Source of the DNA: an uncultured Desulfospira sp.
GTDB lineage: Bacteria; Desulfobacterota; Desulfobacteria; Desulfobacterales; Desulfobacteraceae
DNA length: 64,000 nucleotides
Direction of reading: 5' to 3'
Assembly: GCA_963663165.1 (NCBI GenBank)
Contig: OY760175.1
Coordinates: 5,344,001-5,408,000 of the forward strand
Numbering within the stretch: the first letter of the stretch is position 1; each line of letters opens with the position of its first letter. Position numbers and translations under genes: made by a program. This document shows positions 20,731 to 31,760 of the stretch, one piece after another. Under the pieces are notes generated by a model. The model was not told the origin of the DNA. It did no database searches and saw only the letters and a program-made list of their open reading frames with translations.

Positions 20731-21549
20731 ATGCAGTCAGGGCAGTCAAACGGTTCCGCGGTCTTTCATGCCCGGGAATACGGCACAGATCAAAATCGGT
20801 CACAACCCATTGAGCTGGTTGAGGAAAGCCCTCTGTTGATAACGGTTCAAGGTGGTAAATCCGTTTGTGTTATGAGAACGCCGGGCAACGAAATCAACCA
20901 TGCCGCAGGCTTTTGCCTGGCCGAAGGCATTGCCGGATCCCCTTCGGATTTTCAAACCATTGAGTATGACGGCAGAACAGATCCAAACCGCGTTACAGTT
21001 CGACTCACGCCGGGATGCCAATCAAGGGCACCTTCCCTCAGGGTCTGGGAGAACTTTCCCCCTCAGGACGGCGGCAGCCCGGACAAAGGGCAGTTGATCG
21101 GGCAATTTACCAAAGCCTTTGCTTTGCCCAGGGACGGGTTTCGTATTCATCCAGACCAGGTCTGCCAGTGCGTGGATTCCCTTTATGAGCGGCAGAGCAT
21201 TTACCCGAAGACCCGGGGAACCCATGCGGCCCTGGTGTTTGATAACCGGTTTGAAATTCTCGGGTTTGCTGAAGATGTGGGACGGCACAATGCCCTGGAC
21301 AAGGCCCTGGGAAGGGTATTGCTGGAAGGGGGCCTGGGCCGTGCCAAAATGGCCGTGATGTCTTCCAGAATCAGTTCGGCACTGGTCCTCAAAGCGGCCC
21401 GGGCCCGGCTGCCCATGCTGGCCAGTAAATCCTCACCAACGGCCATGGCCGTTGATATGGCAGCCGGGGTAAACATGACCCTGGCGTTTGTGACCGAAAA
21501 ATCAAAGCTTGTGGTTCTTTGCGGAGAACACCGGATTGTGGCGGGATAA
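20731..21549 (+). CDS. fdhD: FdhD-family sulfur carrier protein (lacks the CGxCG motif)
   Basis: EE.PL, MRTPG, GF.LAEG, THAA, EDVGRHNALDKALG; AAGGTG RBS before the ATG at 20731. Confidence 0.85.
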   Translation: MQSGQSNGSAVFHAREYGTDQNRSQPIELVEESPLLITVQGGKSVCVMRTPGNEINHAAGFCLAEGIAGSPSDFQTIEYDGRTDPNRVTVRLTPGCQSRAPSLRVWENFPPQDGGSPDKGQLIGQFTKAFALPRDGFRIHPDQVCQCVDSLYERQSIYPKTRGTHAALVFDNRFEILGFAEDVGRHNALDKALGRVLLEGGLGRAKMAVMSSRISSALVLKAARARLPMLASKSSPTAMAVDMAAGVNMTLAFVTEKSKLVVLCGEHRIVAG

Positions 21550-21740
21550 CGTCAATTTTCTCCATTGTTCAAGACCGGTAAAAATCGTTACGATATTTAT
21601 GGGGACGGCTTAAATTCCAGGCCTGACCGGTAGCTGTGACGCCCGTTGATGCCCATAAAACCGGATATTTTCCTTGACAAAGCTCAAGTCACTATCCTAA
21701 TATTTCAGGACACGTCGTTGAAATTTAGGAATTTATCATA

Positions 21741-24700
21741 ATGAGACATGTTTTTTGGGGCACGGGCATTATCATACTGTTCGCATCGCTCGCAGCCGGC
21801 TTTTCATCCCGCTTCATATCCGGGGCCTTCGCCGTGGGTGAAATATCGCAACTGCCTGTTTCGGCAGAAAATATCAACTGGGGTATCCTGGCTTTGGCCG
21901 GGGTGGCACTGGTGGCTGCGGTTTACTGGAACCGCAGAATTTCCAAAGAAATCAAAGCGCGCCGGCAGGTGGAGAAAAACCTGGACGATGTAGCGGCTGA
22001 ATTAAGCAAGGTTCTGGAAAACGCCCAGGCCGGAATCCTTTTTTTACGGGGTGACAGAAGCGTTTATAAGTGCAATGAACGGCTGGCCAAAATCCTGGGG
22101 TATGAGAAGCTTGAGGACATGATGCCCATAACGGTCAGGGACATCCATCTGACCAAGGAACGGTTTGAAAATTTTGGCAAAAATTATTACGAGAAACTCC
22201 GGGATGAAACCGTTTATGTGGAGTATGAACTGTGCCGCAAAGACGGCAGTCCGGTCTGGTGTTCCCTTAAAGGCAAGGCCTTTGACGACAAACAGCCGGC
22301 GGATCTTGGCAAAGGGGTCATCTGGTTAATTGACGATATCAGCAATCGCAAGGCAGCCGAGCAGGTTGCCCAGGACCAGCTCATGTTCCAGGCAGCCCTG
22401 ATCAATACCATCCCCTATCCCATCTTTATTAAAGATATTCACAACCGGTACGTGGGCTGTAACAAAGCCTATGAAGACCTGTTCCAGACCACACGGGACC
22501 AGATTATCGGCAAAATGGTCCTTGATCTCGAACTTCTCCCCCTTGAAGTTAGGAAGACCCATCACGATGAAGATGCGGATCTGCTGCTCAAAGGCGGCAT
22601 GCTCCATCGAGAATTCCCTTATAATTATACGGATGGCCGGTGCCATCACGTCCTGTACCGGGTTTCCGCATTTGATCTTTCCGACGGCCGGCGGGCCGGG
22701 CTGATCGGTATTATCGTGGACATCACCGACCTTAAACAGGCCCAGGAAAAAGCCGAAGAGGCCACCCGGGCCAAATCGGATTTCCTGGCCAACATGAGCC
22801 ATGAAATCCGGACCCCCATGAATGCCATCATGGGGATGACCCATCTGGCCTTAAGGACCGAGCTCTCTGACAAGCAGCGCGATTATTTGGAAAAAATAGA
22901 CGGCTCAGCCAAGGCATTGCTCCACATTATCAATGATATTCTGGATTTTTCAAAAATTGAGGCCGGCCGTCTGGAGATGGAAAAGACCGACTTTTTTCTG
23001 GAGGACGTGCTGGATAATCTGGGCAACCTCATGCAGGCGAACACTGGGGAAAAGGGGATTGAACTGCTCTTTAAGGTGGCTTCCGAGATCCCTGTAAATC
23101 TGGTGGGCGATCCCCTGCGCTTAGGCCAGGTGCTGATCAATTTTACCAGCAACGCCGTCAAGTTCACGGAAAAAGGGGAAATCGTCGTATCTGTGGAGGA
23201 AGTGGAGCGGTCCTCAAAAACCACAAAACTTAAATTTTTAGTTTCAGATACCGGGATCGGGATTCCTGAAAAGAAGCTGGCCAAACTTTTCCATGCCTTT
23301 ACCCAGGCCGATTCTTCCACCACCCGAAAGCATGGCGGTACCGGCTTAGGCCTTGTTATCAGCCAGCGCCTGGCTCAGCTTATGGGCGGAGAGGTCGGGG
23401 TGGAAAGCACGCCGGGCAAGGGCAGTACCTTCTGGTTTACAGGGGTTTTCGGCCTTCAGGAGAATCCGGACAAAGAGATGCGCTTTCTGGCCGACGATTT
23501 TTACGGCATGCGGGTACTGGTGGTGGACGATAATCGGGTATCCTGTGTCATTTTAAGCGAAATGCTGACGGAAATGGGCCTGTCCCCGGAAATCGTTCAT
23601 ACCGGCGAAGAGGCCATCCGGGTGCTGGAGCAGGCCCCTGAAGATTTGCCTTTTGAGCTGGTTCTCATGGACTGGCGCATGCCGGGCATGGACGGGATTG
23701 AAACCTCTGTTAAAATACAAAATAGCGACCGGCTTCCCAAGACGCCAACGATTTTCATGGTTACGGGGTATGGCCGTGAGGAGGCCATGAAGCAGGCCCA
23801 GGATGCCCAATTGAGTGCATTCCTGGTCAAACCTGTCAACCGGTCGGTTCTGTTTGATACCATTGTCAATACCCTGGGATGTGCTGTGCCGGAAAAATCC
23901 AGAATTCACCGGACCATAGAGCCGGATCTGCCGGAAGTCGCCGCCATAAAAGGCGCCCGCCTCCTGCTGGCCGAAGATAATTTGATCAACCAGCAGGTGG
24001 CCCGGGAACTGCTGGAGCAGGCCGGATTTGTGGTCAGTGTGGCTGAAAACGGTCAGGAAGCCGTGGATATGGTGAAAACCGCATTGCAGGATGCGAAAAT
24101 AACGGGCAGTTTCGCTTACGACGCCATTCTCATGGATATCCAGATGCCGGTCATGGATGGGATCGCCGCCACCAGGGCCATTCGCAGCCTGAACGGGGTT
24201 GAAGCGCTGCCCATTATCGCCATGACCGCCCATGCCATGGCCGGAGACCGGGAAAAGTCCATTGAAGCCGGCATGGTGGACCATGTTGCCAAACCCATTG
24301 ATCCGGCCGAGCTTTATAACGCGCTGCTTAAATGGGTCAAGCCGGGTGCCGCTGCCAAGACGTCTCCCCCCGCACCTGCCCCTGAACCCGCACCGTTGCC
24401 TGGCGCCGGGCCGAAACCCGCACCTGCCCCCAAACCCCAAGCCTCTCCGGCACCCTCAAGCCGCAAGGATGATGAACTTCCCGATTTGCCGGGCTATGAT
24501 GTCAAAACCGCCCTGAACCGGGTCAGGGGGAATATCAAACTTTATATTTCCCTTCTGAACAGCCTGCGAACTGATTACATGGATGCGCCGGAAAAGCTGA
24601 TATCCCTGCTAGAAGCGGGGGCTGTTGAAGATGCGGAGCGACTGGCCCATACGGTTAAGGGGATTGCCGGAAATCTTGGCCATAATGAACTGCAACATGT

Positions 24701-25073
24701 CGCCTGTGAGGTGGAATACGGCATCCGGGATCAGGTTGAGGACATGTCCGGCCGCCTGTCCGCCTTTTCAGCGGTGCTGGCCATGGCCCTTGATGCCCTG
24801 AAACCGCTGGCCCAGAAGAAAGAGCCCCAAAAAAGGCCGGCTGTTCCCGATGACCAGGTGGATATCAGTGCCTTACGCGATGTCCTCGAAGGGATGCTGC
24901 CCTTTGTCCAGTCCCGGAAAATCATGGAATGCCGGGAGCGGATGTCGTCCCTTAAAGCCTTGCCATGGCCGTCCGGCATTTCGTCAAAACTGGAAGATTT
25001 GAACCGGTATCTGGGTAAATATAAATTCAAAGAGAGTGTGGAAATTATTGAAAGTTTACTGAAAACCATGTAG
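21741..25073 (+). CDS. Hybrid sensor histidine kinase (TM-PAS-PAS-HisKA-HATPase-REC-REC-HPt)
   Basis: [21 protein letters not shown], two REC domains, AHTVKG HPt. Confidence 0.95.
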   Translation: MRHVFWGTGIIILFASLAAGFSSRFISGAFAVGEISQLPVSAENINWGILALAGVALVAAVYWNRRISKEIKARRQVEKNLDDVAAELSKVLENAQAGILFLRGDRSVYKCNERLAKILGYEKLEDMMPITVRDIHLTKERFENFGKNYYEKLRDETVYVEYELCRKDGSPVWCSLKGKAFDDKQPADLGKGVIWLIDDISNRKAAEQVAQDQLMFQAALINTIPYPIFIKDIHNRYVGCNKAYEDLFQTTRDQIIGKMVLDLELLPLEVRKTHHDEDADLLLKGGMLHREFPYNYTDGRCHHVLYRVSAFDLSDGRRAGLIGIIVDITDLKQAQEKAEEATRAKSDFLANMSHEIRTPMNAIMGMTHLALRTELSDKQRDYLEKIDGSAKALLHIINDILDFSKIEAGRLEMEKTDFFLEDVLDNLGNLMQANTGEKGIELLFKVASEIPVNLVGDPLRLGQVLINFTSNAVKFTEKGEIVVSVEEVERSSKTTKLKFLVSDTGIGIPEKKLAKLFHAFTQADSSTTRKHGGTGLGLVISQRLAQLMGGEVGVESTPGKGSTFWFTGVFGLQENPDKEMRFLADDFYGMRVLVVDDNRVSCVILSEMLTEMGLSPEIVHTGEEAIRVLEQAPEDLPFELVLMDWRMPGMDGIETSVKIQNSDRLPKTPTIFMVTGYGREEAMKQAQDAQLSAFLVKPVNRSVLFDTIVNTLGCAVPEKSRIHRTIEPDLPEVAAIKGARLLLAEDNLINQQVARELLEQAGFVVSVAENGQEAVDMVKTALQDAKITGSFAYDAILMDIQMPVMDGIAATRAIRSLNGVEALPIIAMTAHAMAGDREKSIEAGMVDHVAKPIDPAELYNALLKWVKPGAAAKTSPPAPAPEPAPLPGAGPKPAPAPKPQASPAPSSRKDDELPDLPGYDVKTALNRVRGNIKLYISLLNSLRTDYMDAPEKLISLLEAGAVEDAERLAHTVKGIAGNLGHNELQHVACEVEYGIRDQVEDMSGRLSAFSAVLAMALDALKPLAQKKEPQKRPAVPDDQVDISALRDVLEGMLPFVQSRKIMECRERMSSLKALPWPSGISSKLEDLNRYLGKYKFKESVEIIESLLKTM

Positions 25074-25144
25074 TGTTTTTCCATCGGCCCTAATGTTAAA
25101 CCGGCCCCCTCTAACCGGGACTCAACCCATTCAAGGTAACGTCA

Positions 25145-26200
25145 ATGAACCCAGAAGAATCGTATATGCCCCAAGTTCTTATTGTTGACGATATTGAAGC
25201 CAATATTGATGTTTTGGTGGAAATCTTGTGTGAGGACTATGATCTCCGGGTGGCCACCAGCGGGGCCGATGCTTTAGAAGCCGTGGCCGACACCCGGCCC
25301 GAGCTGATTCTGCTGGACGTCATGATGCCTGAAATGAACGGGTATGAGGTGTGCAAGCGCCTGAAGTCCGATCCCAAAACCGCCAAGATCCCCATTATTT
25401 TCGTAACCGCCATGAACGAGGCCGTGGATGAGAGCAAAGGGCTTGAAATGGGGGCGGTGGACTACATCACAAAACCCATTGTGCCGTTCATCCTTCAGGC
25501 CAGGGTCCGCAACCATCTGGCCCTGGCCGACCAGCAGCGGGCCTGTGAGCGGACCGTGGAAGCACAGGTGGCGGAGATTGAGCAGGGCCAGACCGACTGC
25601 ATTCATATGCTGGGCAACGCCAGCCATTACAATGATGATGATACCGGGGTCCATATCTGGCGGATGGCGGCCTATTCCAAAGCCCTGGCCAAAGCCGTTC
25701 ACTGGTCGGTGGAAGACCAGGAACTGCTGGTTCTGGCCGCCGCCATGCATGATACCGGGAAAATCGGTATTCCGGATGCGGTCCTGAAAAAACCCGGCAG
25801 GCTTAATGACGAGGAATGGGCCATCATGCGGACCCATTCTGAAATCGGGTATAAGATTCTTTCCATCAGCCAGACCCCCGTGTTCCAGATGGCCGCCGCC
25901 ATTGCCTATTATCATCATGAGCGGTGGGACGGTAACGGATACCCCAAAGGCCTTAAGGGCGAAGATATCCCGGAGTCTGCCCGGATTGTGGCCATCGCCG
26001 ATGTGTTTGATGCCCTGACCTCTGCCCGCCCTTATAAAGACCCCTGGCCTGTGGACAAGGCCTATGCGGTTATTTGTGAAGAAAGCGGCCAGTTTGATCC
26101 CGGGCTTTCAGACGGCTTTCTTTCCATTCGTCCTGAAATCGAACGGCTGATGGCCTACTGGCGGGATCAGGAGAATGAGGACGATGTGTTTGGGGCTTGA
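25145..26200 (+). CDS. Response regulator with HD-GYP c-di-GMP phosphodiesterase domain
   Basis: REC (LLDVMMP); MHDTGK; HHERWDGNGYP; ADVFDAL. Confidence 0.93.
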   Translation: MNPEESYMPQVLIVDDIEANIDVLVEILCEDYDLRVATSGADALEAVADTRPELILLDVMMPEMNGYEVCKRLKSDPKTAKIPIIFVTAMNEAVDESKGLEMGAVDYITKPIVPFILQARVRNHLALADQQRACERTVEAQVAEIEQGQTDCIHMLGNASHYNDDDTGVHIWRMAAYSKALAKAVHWSVEDQELLVLAAAMHDTGKIGIPDAVLKKPGRLNDEEWAIMRTHSEIGYKILSISQTPVFQMAAAIAYYHHERWDGNGYPKGLKGEDIPESARIVAIADVFDALTSARPYKDPWPVDKAYAVICEESGQFDPGLSDGFLSIRPEIERLMAYWRDQENEDDVFGA

Positions 26201-26853
26201 GCCTGTTTCCGGGGCGTCACCCCTTTTTGGGGGCATTTTTCCTGCAACGGGCATTGATGGCACAAGGGGGAAACCGGGCGGCAGGTCCCCTGGCCGAATG
26301 CCACCAGGATGCCGTTGATTTTTTTCCAGTATTTTCTGGGCAGTTTTTTTCTTAAGGCCTGCTCGGTTTCCAGAGGGGTTTTGGTGCTGACATATCCCCA
26401 GATGTTCATGATCCGGTGAACATGGGTATCCACGCAGATGGCGTCCTTGTCAAAGGCCACGGCCCGGACCAGGTTGGCGGTTTTCCGGCCCACCCCGGGC
26501 AGGGTGACCAGGTCGTCAATTTTGTCAGGAACCCTTCCGCCAAAGGCGTCAAGGGCCTGGGGCAGCCGGGCCAGGTAACCGGCCTTGGATTTGTAAAACC
26601 CCACCGGGAAGATCAGGTTCTGGATCTGTTCCTGGGAAAGCCCGGAAAGCCCCCTGGCATCCGGGGCCGCTTTGAACAGGCGCTCTGAGGCCTTTGCCGT
26701 CACCTCATCCTTGGTCCTTGCCGATAAAATGGTGGCCACCAGCACCTTAAAGGCAGACCGGGTCTGAACATGGATCAAATCCACCACCGGTACCTGGTAG
26801 GTGGACACTTCTTTTTCTAAGGTTTCAACAAAACAGGAAATGTTAATGGCCAC
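26167..26853 (-). CDS. nth: Endonuclease III
   Basis: HhH LPGVGRKTAN, VDTHV, C-x6-C-x2-C-x5-C. Confidence 0.93.
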   Translation of the reverse strand: MAINISCFVETLEKEVSTYQVPVVDLIHVQTRSAFKVLVATILSARTKDEVTAKASERLFKAAPDARGLSGLSQEQIQNLIFPVGFYKSKAGYLARLPQALDAFGGRVPDKIDDLVTLPGVGRKTANLVRAVAFDKDAICVDTHVHRIMNIWGYVSTKTPLETEQALRKKLPRKYWKKINGILVAFGQGTCRPVSPLCHQCPLQEKCPQKGVTPRKQAQAPNTSSSFS

Positions 26854-26865
26854 GGTCTGCTGTCT

Positions 26866-27882
26866 TCATTGGTTGGTTTTGGGCAGGGGAGCGTCCGGAA
26901 CAAAGGCCCCATGGTCGGGGGTAATGGTTTTATACCCCTGCTTGAATATTTTGAAATGGATGATGGCCAGGTAGACCACCAGGGCACCGATAATGCCGGA
27001 TCTAAGATTCTGGGACAACGGAATGATGCTCTGGGTCCACAGGGTCATGAAAAAATCAATGCTCAAAAAAACGGTAAACAGCAACAGCACGTTTCTTGGC
27101 CCGATTTTAATGGCAAAGTATGCGGCCAGAAACAGACCGGCGATGGACACCCCGGGGACCGCCGAATACCACAGGGAAAAGGGGACATCATGAAACGCAA
27201 GATTGAGCAGGGTCCCCATGATGGAAGTGGCCGCCATAATGGAAATACTGGTGACAATGGAGGCGGCCGGATTGATCCGGTAGACCATGGTTAACAGAAA
27301 ATAAAATATGGTATCAATCCCAAACCCGATCCAGCCCGAGATCAGCCCCCCGATCAGTGAGGCCATAAAAAAAATGGCGCCGTTTTTAAGGGTCAGGCTG
27401 ACGGTGCGGTTGGGGTAGGTCCGTTTAAATAAAATGGAGAAAAAAATAACCTGGGTAAAGATAAACGCAGTGGAGTTGAACACCAGGGTTAAAAATTCAG
27501 GGTTGTAAATGGGGATACAAATATTGCCCAGGACCATGCCAACAGCCCCCCCGAACAACGAGACCGGGATCACATTGGTGATGAACAAATTCCGGTTAAG
27601 GCAGAACCACCGTAATGAGCCAAGCCCCATCCCATACGCCTGGATCACCAGGCTGAACTGAACCACGGTAACCGGGTCCATATGAATCCGGGTCAGGACG
27701 GGGAAATAGACAATCCCTGCGGCAGCCGGGGTAATATTGGCAACCGTAGCCGCAACAATGCCCAGAAAGGGCATAAAATAAAATTTTTCCAGGAACACGT
27801 CTTTGAAAAATGGAAACAGGGCCCCCCAGATCCCAAAAATCACGATTAATGACAGGTAAAAATATTTATGATTGAGTTTCAT
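26866..27882 (-). CDS. TauE/SafE-like sulfite exporter family membrane protein
   Basis: Polytopic; GGLISGWIGFG and AAAGIVYFPV half-repeat motifs. Confidence 0.6.
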   Translation of the reverse strand: MKLNHKYFYLSLIVIFGIWGALFPFFKDVFLEKFYFMPFLGIVAATVANITPAAAGIVYFPVLTRIHMDPVTVVQFSLVIQAYGMGLGSLRWFCLNRNLFITNVIPVSLFGGAVGMVLGNICIPIYNPEFLTLVFNSTAFIFTQVIFFSILFKRTYPNRTVSLTLKNGAIFFMASLIGGLISGWIGFGIDTIFYFLLTMVYRINPAASIVTSISIMAATSIMGTLLNLAFHDVPFSLWYSAVPGVSIAGLFLAAYFAIKIGPRNVLLLFTVFLSIDFFMTLWTQSIIPLSQNLRSGIIGALVVYLAIIHFKIFKQGYKTITPDHGAFVPDAPLPKTNQ

Positions 27883-28139
27883 ACACGGTTAAATACAACT
27901 GCCATTAATTTTTAAGGGATACTGAGACGGAAAAAAGATCCATTCTGAATCTCCCCGGCATTGGGTTAATTGAAGCATTGTAAGATGGTCCAATGAATAA
28001 ATCAAGCACCGTTTTTCTCCTGTCCCGCCCCTTGACCTTTAAACCGCTTTTCGGTATCCATGATATCGAATTGAATGCCTGCCCGTAAACATTCGCAGCG
28101 TTCAGGGGCATTTTCATTATGTGGCTCAAAGGAATCGTT

Positions 28140-28973
28140 ATGGAACTTACCATCCTTGTGGATAACCAGACCCTGATTGACCGGTATTTTCTGGCCGAAC
28201 CCGGCCTGTCCATCCTGATCGAAGATGAGGATGTGACGATTTTATTTGATACCGGATATTCGAATATCTTTATTCAGAACAGCATCAAAATGGGAAAAGA
28301 CCTGACCAATCTGGATTATGTTGCTCTTTCCCACGGCCATCTGGACCATACCTGGGGCCTTGGCCCCCTGATCCGTTACTTCACGGAACTTTCAATAGAA
28401 AACCGGTCGTTCAACCGGCCGACCCTGGTGGCCCATCCGGAATGCCTGACCGGAATTACCCTGGAAGGTGCGGGAGAAATCGGCCCGCTGGTATCACAAA
28501 AGGAACTGGCCCGGCACGTTGACCTCCAACTGGAAAAATCCCCTGTAAGTCTGGGCAAACACTTAATTTTTCTTGGGGAAATCCCCCGTGAAAACGATTT
28601 TGAAACCTTCCCCGGGATCGGGAAAAAACACGGTTGTGACAAACAAGACATGCTCCCGGATGATTCAGCCCTGGTTTACCGATCTTCTGAAGGGCTGGTC
28701 ATTATTACCGGATGCTCCCATGCCGGGATCTGTAATATTGTTGAGTACGCCAAAACCGTCTGCAGCGACCACCGGATTCTGGACATTGTGGGCGGATTTC
28801 ATCTTTTAAATCCGGGCCGCCGCCGTATGGAAGCCACGGCCGCCTATTTTAAAGCCCTGAACCCGGGCGCGGTTCATGCCTGCCACTGTACGGATCTGGC
28901 ATCAAGAGTGGCCCTGTCAGCCGTTTCCAATGTGAAAGAAGCCGGCGTAGGGCTTAGCCTTTCCTATGCCTGA
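28140..28973 (+). CDS. Metallo-beta-lactamase-fold hydrolase
   Basis: LFDTG, SHGHLDH, GCSHAG, GGFHL, CHCT. Confidence 0.88.
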   Translation: MELTILVDNQTLIDRYFLAEPGLSILIEDEDVTILFDTGYSNIFIQNSIKMGKDLTNLDYVALSHGHLDHTWGLGPLIRYFTELSIENRSFNRPTLVAHPECLTGITLEGAGEIGPLVSQKELARHVDLQLEKSPVSLGKHLIFLGEIPRENDFETFPGIGKKHGCDKQDMLPDDSALVYRSSEGLVIITGCSHAGICNIVEYAKTVCSDHRILDIVGGFHLLNPGRRRMEATAAYFKALNPGAVHACHCTDLASRVALSAVSNVKEAGVGLSLSYA

Positions 28974-29022
28974 AGCTTGAGGGGGGAAAACAAACAGACG
29001 TTCCCCGCAATTTTAAACCGCT

Positions 29023-29946
29023 TCAAGCCGGCCCTTTGTTTAATTCTTGGGCAATCTTTTTGATGGCATCACCGGCCTGGTCAACCGGAACCTGACAGGT
29101 GCCAACCCGTCTGTGGCCGCCGCCGCCGTATTTGAGCATTAAAGAGCCGACATCGGCTGTGGCGGTTCGGTTGATGATGCTGTAACCGCAGGTGATCACA
29201 ATATTCTGGCGTTGAAATCCCCACATGACCTGCATGGAAATGTTGGCGTCCGGGAACAGGCTGTAAAGCAGGAACCGGTTGCCGGTGTATATTTCCTCCT
29301 GATCCCGCAGGTCTGTGATTACGATTCTGCCGTCCATTTTGCTGCTTTTTAACAGCATGTCCCTGAACAGTTTGTCCTGTTCAAAGTAGCGGACCGTCCG
29401 TTCCTTGATGTCCGGAAGACTTAGAATTTCCTTATCTGTTTTTTGCCGGCAGTAATCGATCATGTCCATCATAAGGGCATAGTTGCTGATGCGGTAGTCC
29501 TTATAGCGGCCAAGGCCCGTACGGGGGTCCATGATAAATGATAAGAGGACCCAGCCTTCGGGATTGAGAATTTCTTCTTTGGTAAACTGGGCGGAATCCG
29601 CCTTGTCCACGGCAACGACCAGGGCATCCAGGTGATCGTTATTAAACTGATCGTATCCGCCGTAATATTCGTAGATCACCCGGGCCGCACTGGGTGCCGA
29701 CGGATCGCTTTTCCCTTCAAAATCCCCAAATGCCTTACGTTCAAGCTCACTGGAGTGATGGTCAAACCAGATACCGCAACCCGGAACAAAAGGAATGTTG
29801 GCCAGGATATCCTCGTCGGAAACCTCAACTTTTCCATCCTGGATGTCTTTGGGATGAACGAATTTAATGTCCTCGATGATCCCCTTTTCCTTGAGAATGG
29901 CGGCGCACCCCAGACCGTCAAAATCCGATCGTGTAACCAGTCGCAT
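29023..29946 (-). CDS. DHH-family phosphoesterase (exopolyphosphatase/nanoRNase-like)
   Basis: RSDFDG, FDHH, GGGGH. Confidence 0.85.
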   Translation of the reverse strand: MRLVTRSDFDGLGCAAILKEKGIIEDIKFVHPKDIQDGKVEVSDEDILANIPFVPGCGIWFDHHSSELERKAFGDFEGKSDPSAPSAARVIYEYYGGYDQFNNDHLDALVVAVDKADSAQFTKEEILNPEGWVLLSFIMDPRTGLGRYKDYRISNYALMMDMIDYCRQKTDKEILSLPDIKERTVRYFEQDKLFRDMLLKSSKMDGRIVITDLRDQEEIYTGNRFLLYSLFPDANISMQVMWGFQRQNIVITCGYSIINRTATADVGSLMLKYGGGGHRRVGTCQVPVDQAGDAIKKIAQELNKGPA

Positions 29947-30108
29947 TTAGCTCTCCTTTTTTTTGCGAAAATTAAAAGATAAGGATAGAGTTACCCTAAC
30001 ATGAAACAGGCAGAAAACTCAAATAATAAGTTGATTTTTAAATTCCCGGCCTAAGCGGACGTTCCAGCCGCTATCGATAGCGGGGTGTGTTCAGTGCCTA
30101 TTATTTTC

Positions 30109-31263
30109 TCAGGCGCTTTCGCGGGCAGTGGCTTCCTCGGCCAGATAAAGATCAACCACTTCTTTGGGCGACAGGGACCTTTTTTGCTCAAGGGCGGTTT
30201 GCCTGATCAGCGATAAGATTTTCTCGCCCTGGGACCGGGTAATGGATATGCCCTGGGTCTTCATGGCATGATGGATACCGGCAAACCCGGAATGAAAACC
30301 ATTGACCAGGGCCGCTTTTTCATGGCCCACGGTTTCAGGGGTAAAGGGCTGATAGGAGAGGGGGTTTTTCAGCAGGCCGGAACAGTGGATGCCGGATTCA
30401 TGCCAGAAGACCCTGGACCCGACAATGGGTTTGGAGGGATGGAGGGGGGTGCCCGAAGCCCGGGAAACCAGGTCGCAAAGTTCTGAAAGCCCGGCAAGAT
30501 CAATTCCGGTTCCCATCTTGTCCACCCGGGACAGGGCCATTGCCACCTCTTCTAAAGCAGCATTCCCGGCCCGTTCCCCGATGCCGTTCACGGTTACGCT
30601 AAGGGTCTGCGCCCCGGCCATGGCCGCGCTCACCGCATTGGCCGTTGCCATGCCAAGGTCATTATGGCCGTGGAACCCGAGTTGAAGTGCCGGCATTTTT
30701 TTTAACAGGCCTGACACCAGCGTCATGATCGTGGCCGGGTTGGCAACGCCCACGGTGTCGGCTATGGTGACCCGGTTGACGCCAAGGCTTAAGGCCTTGG
30801 CCATAAGCAATTCCAGGAATGGTAAATCCGCCCGGGTGGCGTCCTGGAAACCAAGGGAGATCCGGTCAAAGTACGTTTTAGCGCTGTTGATGCAGTCTTC
30901 CATCCGCTCCAGGACCCAGGCCTCATCCTTGTTAAATGTCCGGAGCAGGATGGAAGATGCAGGAAAGCTGATATGTACGCCTGGAGTACCGCACTCCGAG
31001 GCTTTTTCAATGTCCTCCTTTCCCGCCCTGCACCAGGAAACAAGGGCACAAGGCAGATTTAAACGGGTTAACGCTTTGATCTGGCTGATTGCCGGCTCTC
31101 CCATGGCCGGGATGCCGGCTTCCATTTCATCCACACCGGACCCGGCCAGTGCCCGGGCGATGTCAAGCTTTTCCGAAGTGCTGAACACCACCCCGGGGGC
31201 CTGTTCACCGTCCCGGAGAGTGGTATCCGAGATCCTGATGTGAATGGTTTTTTTTTCAGCCAT
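30109..31263 (-). CDS. nifV: Homocitrate synthase
   Basis: DTTLRDGEQAPG, HGHNDLG, GIGERAGNA, HESGIH; nif context. Confidence 0.92.
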   Translation of the reverse strand: MAEKKTIHIRISDTTLRDGEQAPGVVFSTSEKLDIARALAGSGVDEMEAGIPAMGEPAISQIKALTRLNLPCALVSWCRAGKEDIEKASECGTPGVHISFPASSILLRTFNKDEAWVLERMEDCINSAKTYFDRISLGFQDATRADLPFLELLMAKALSLGVNRVTIADTVGVANPATIMTLVSGLLKKMPALQLGFHGHNDLGMATANAVSAAMAGAQTLSVTVNGIGERAGNAALEEVAMALSRVDKMGTGIDLAGLSELCDLVSRASGTPLHPSKPIVGSRVFWHESGIHCSGLLKNPLSYQPFTPETVGHEKAALVNGFHSGFAGIHHAMKTQGISITRSQGEKILSLIRQTALEQKRSLSPKEVVDLYLAEEATARESA

Positions 31264-31341
31264 TTTAAATTCCTTGTAATTTAGCTGTTAGCCCTTAGCA
31301 TTTAGCCGTTAACTGTCCGCGACGGCCTAACAGCTAACAGC

Positions 31342-31650
31342 TTAATCCAATATATACTCTTCAGCAACTTTGCCGTCTTCCAGGGCATCGAGAATCTCGT
31401 CTATGGCATCCTCGGAATCCACGTTGCCGTACCAGATATTCTCCGGGTAGACCACCATAACGGGTCCCTGGTCACAGAGCTTAAGGCAGCAGGTGGAGGA
31501 AACGATAACCCCTTCAAGGTCCCGGTCAATGATCTCATTTTCGATATAAGGCAGAAAGCTGATGCTGTTTTTCTTGTGGCACTTGCCTTTGGGTTCTCCT
31601 GATGGCCTGAAGCTTGCGCATACTAAAATATGGTGTTTGGGTTTTTTCAT
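31342..31650 (-). CDS. Thioredoxin-like [2Fe-2S] ferredoxin
   Basis: HILVC...C...CLKLC.QGP.MVVYPE..WY; true start at 31650. Confidence 0.88.
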   Translation of the reverse strand: MKKPKHHILVCASFRPSGEPKGKCHKKNSISFLPYIENEIIDRDLEGVIVSSTCCLKLCDQGPVMVVYPENIWYGNVDSEDAIDEILDALEDGKVAEEYILD

Positions 31651-31670
31651 TTTACAATCCTTTTCTAACT

Positions 31671-31759
31671 TCTTGTTTCGATTTTCTCGTATCTCGTATC
31701 TTGTATCTCGTATCTTGTATCTCGTATCTTGTTTCTTGTATCTTGTTTCTAGTTTCTTG
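31671..31759. repeat. Tandem heptamer repeat (TCTTGTA/TCTCGTA)n
   Basis: About 10 consecutive degenerate 7-mers between nifB and the ferredoxin gene. Confidence 0.9.
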
Positions 31760-31760
31760 C

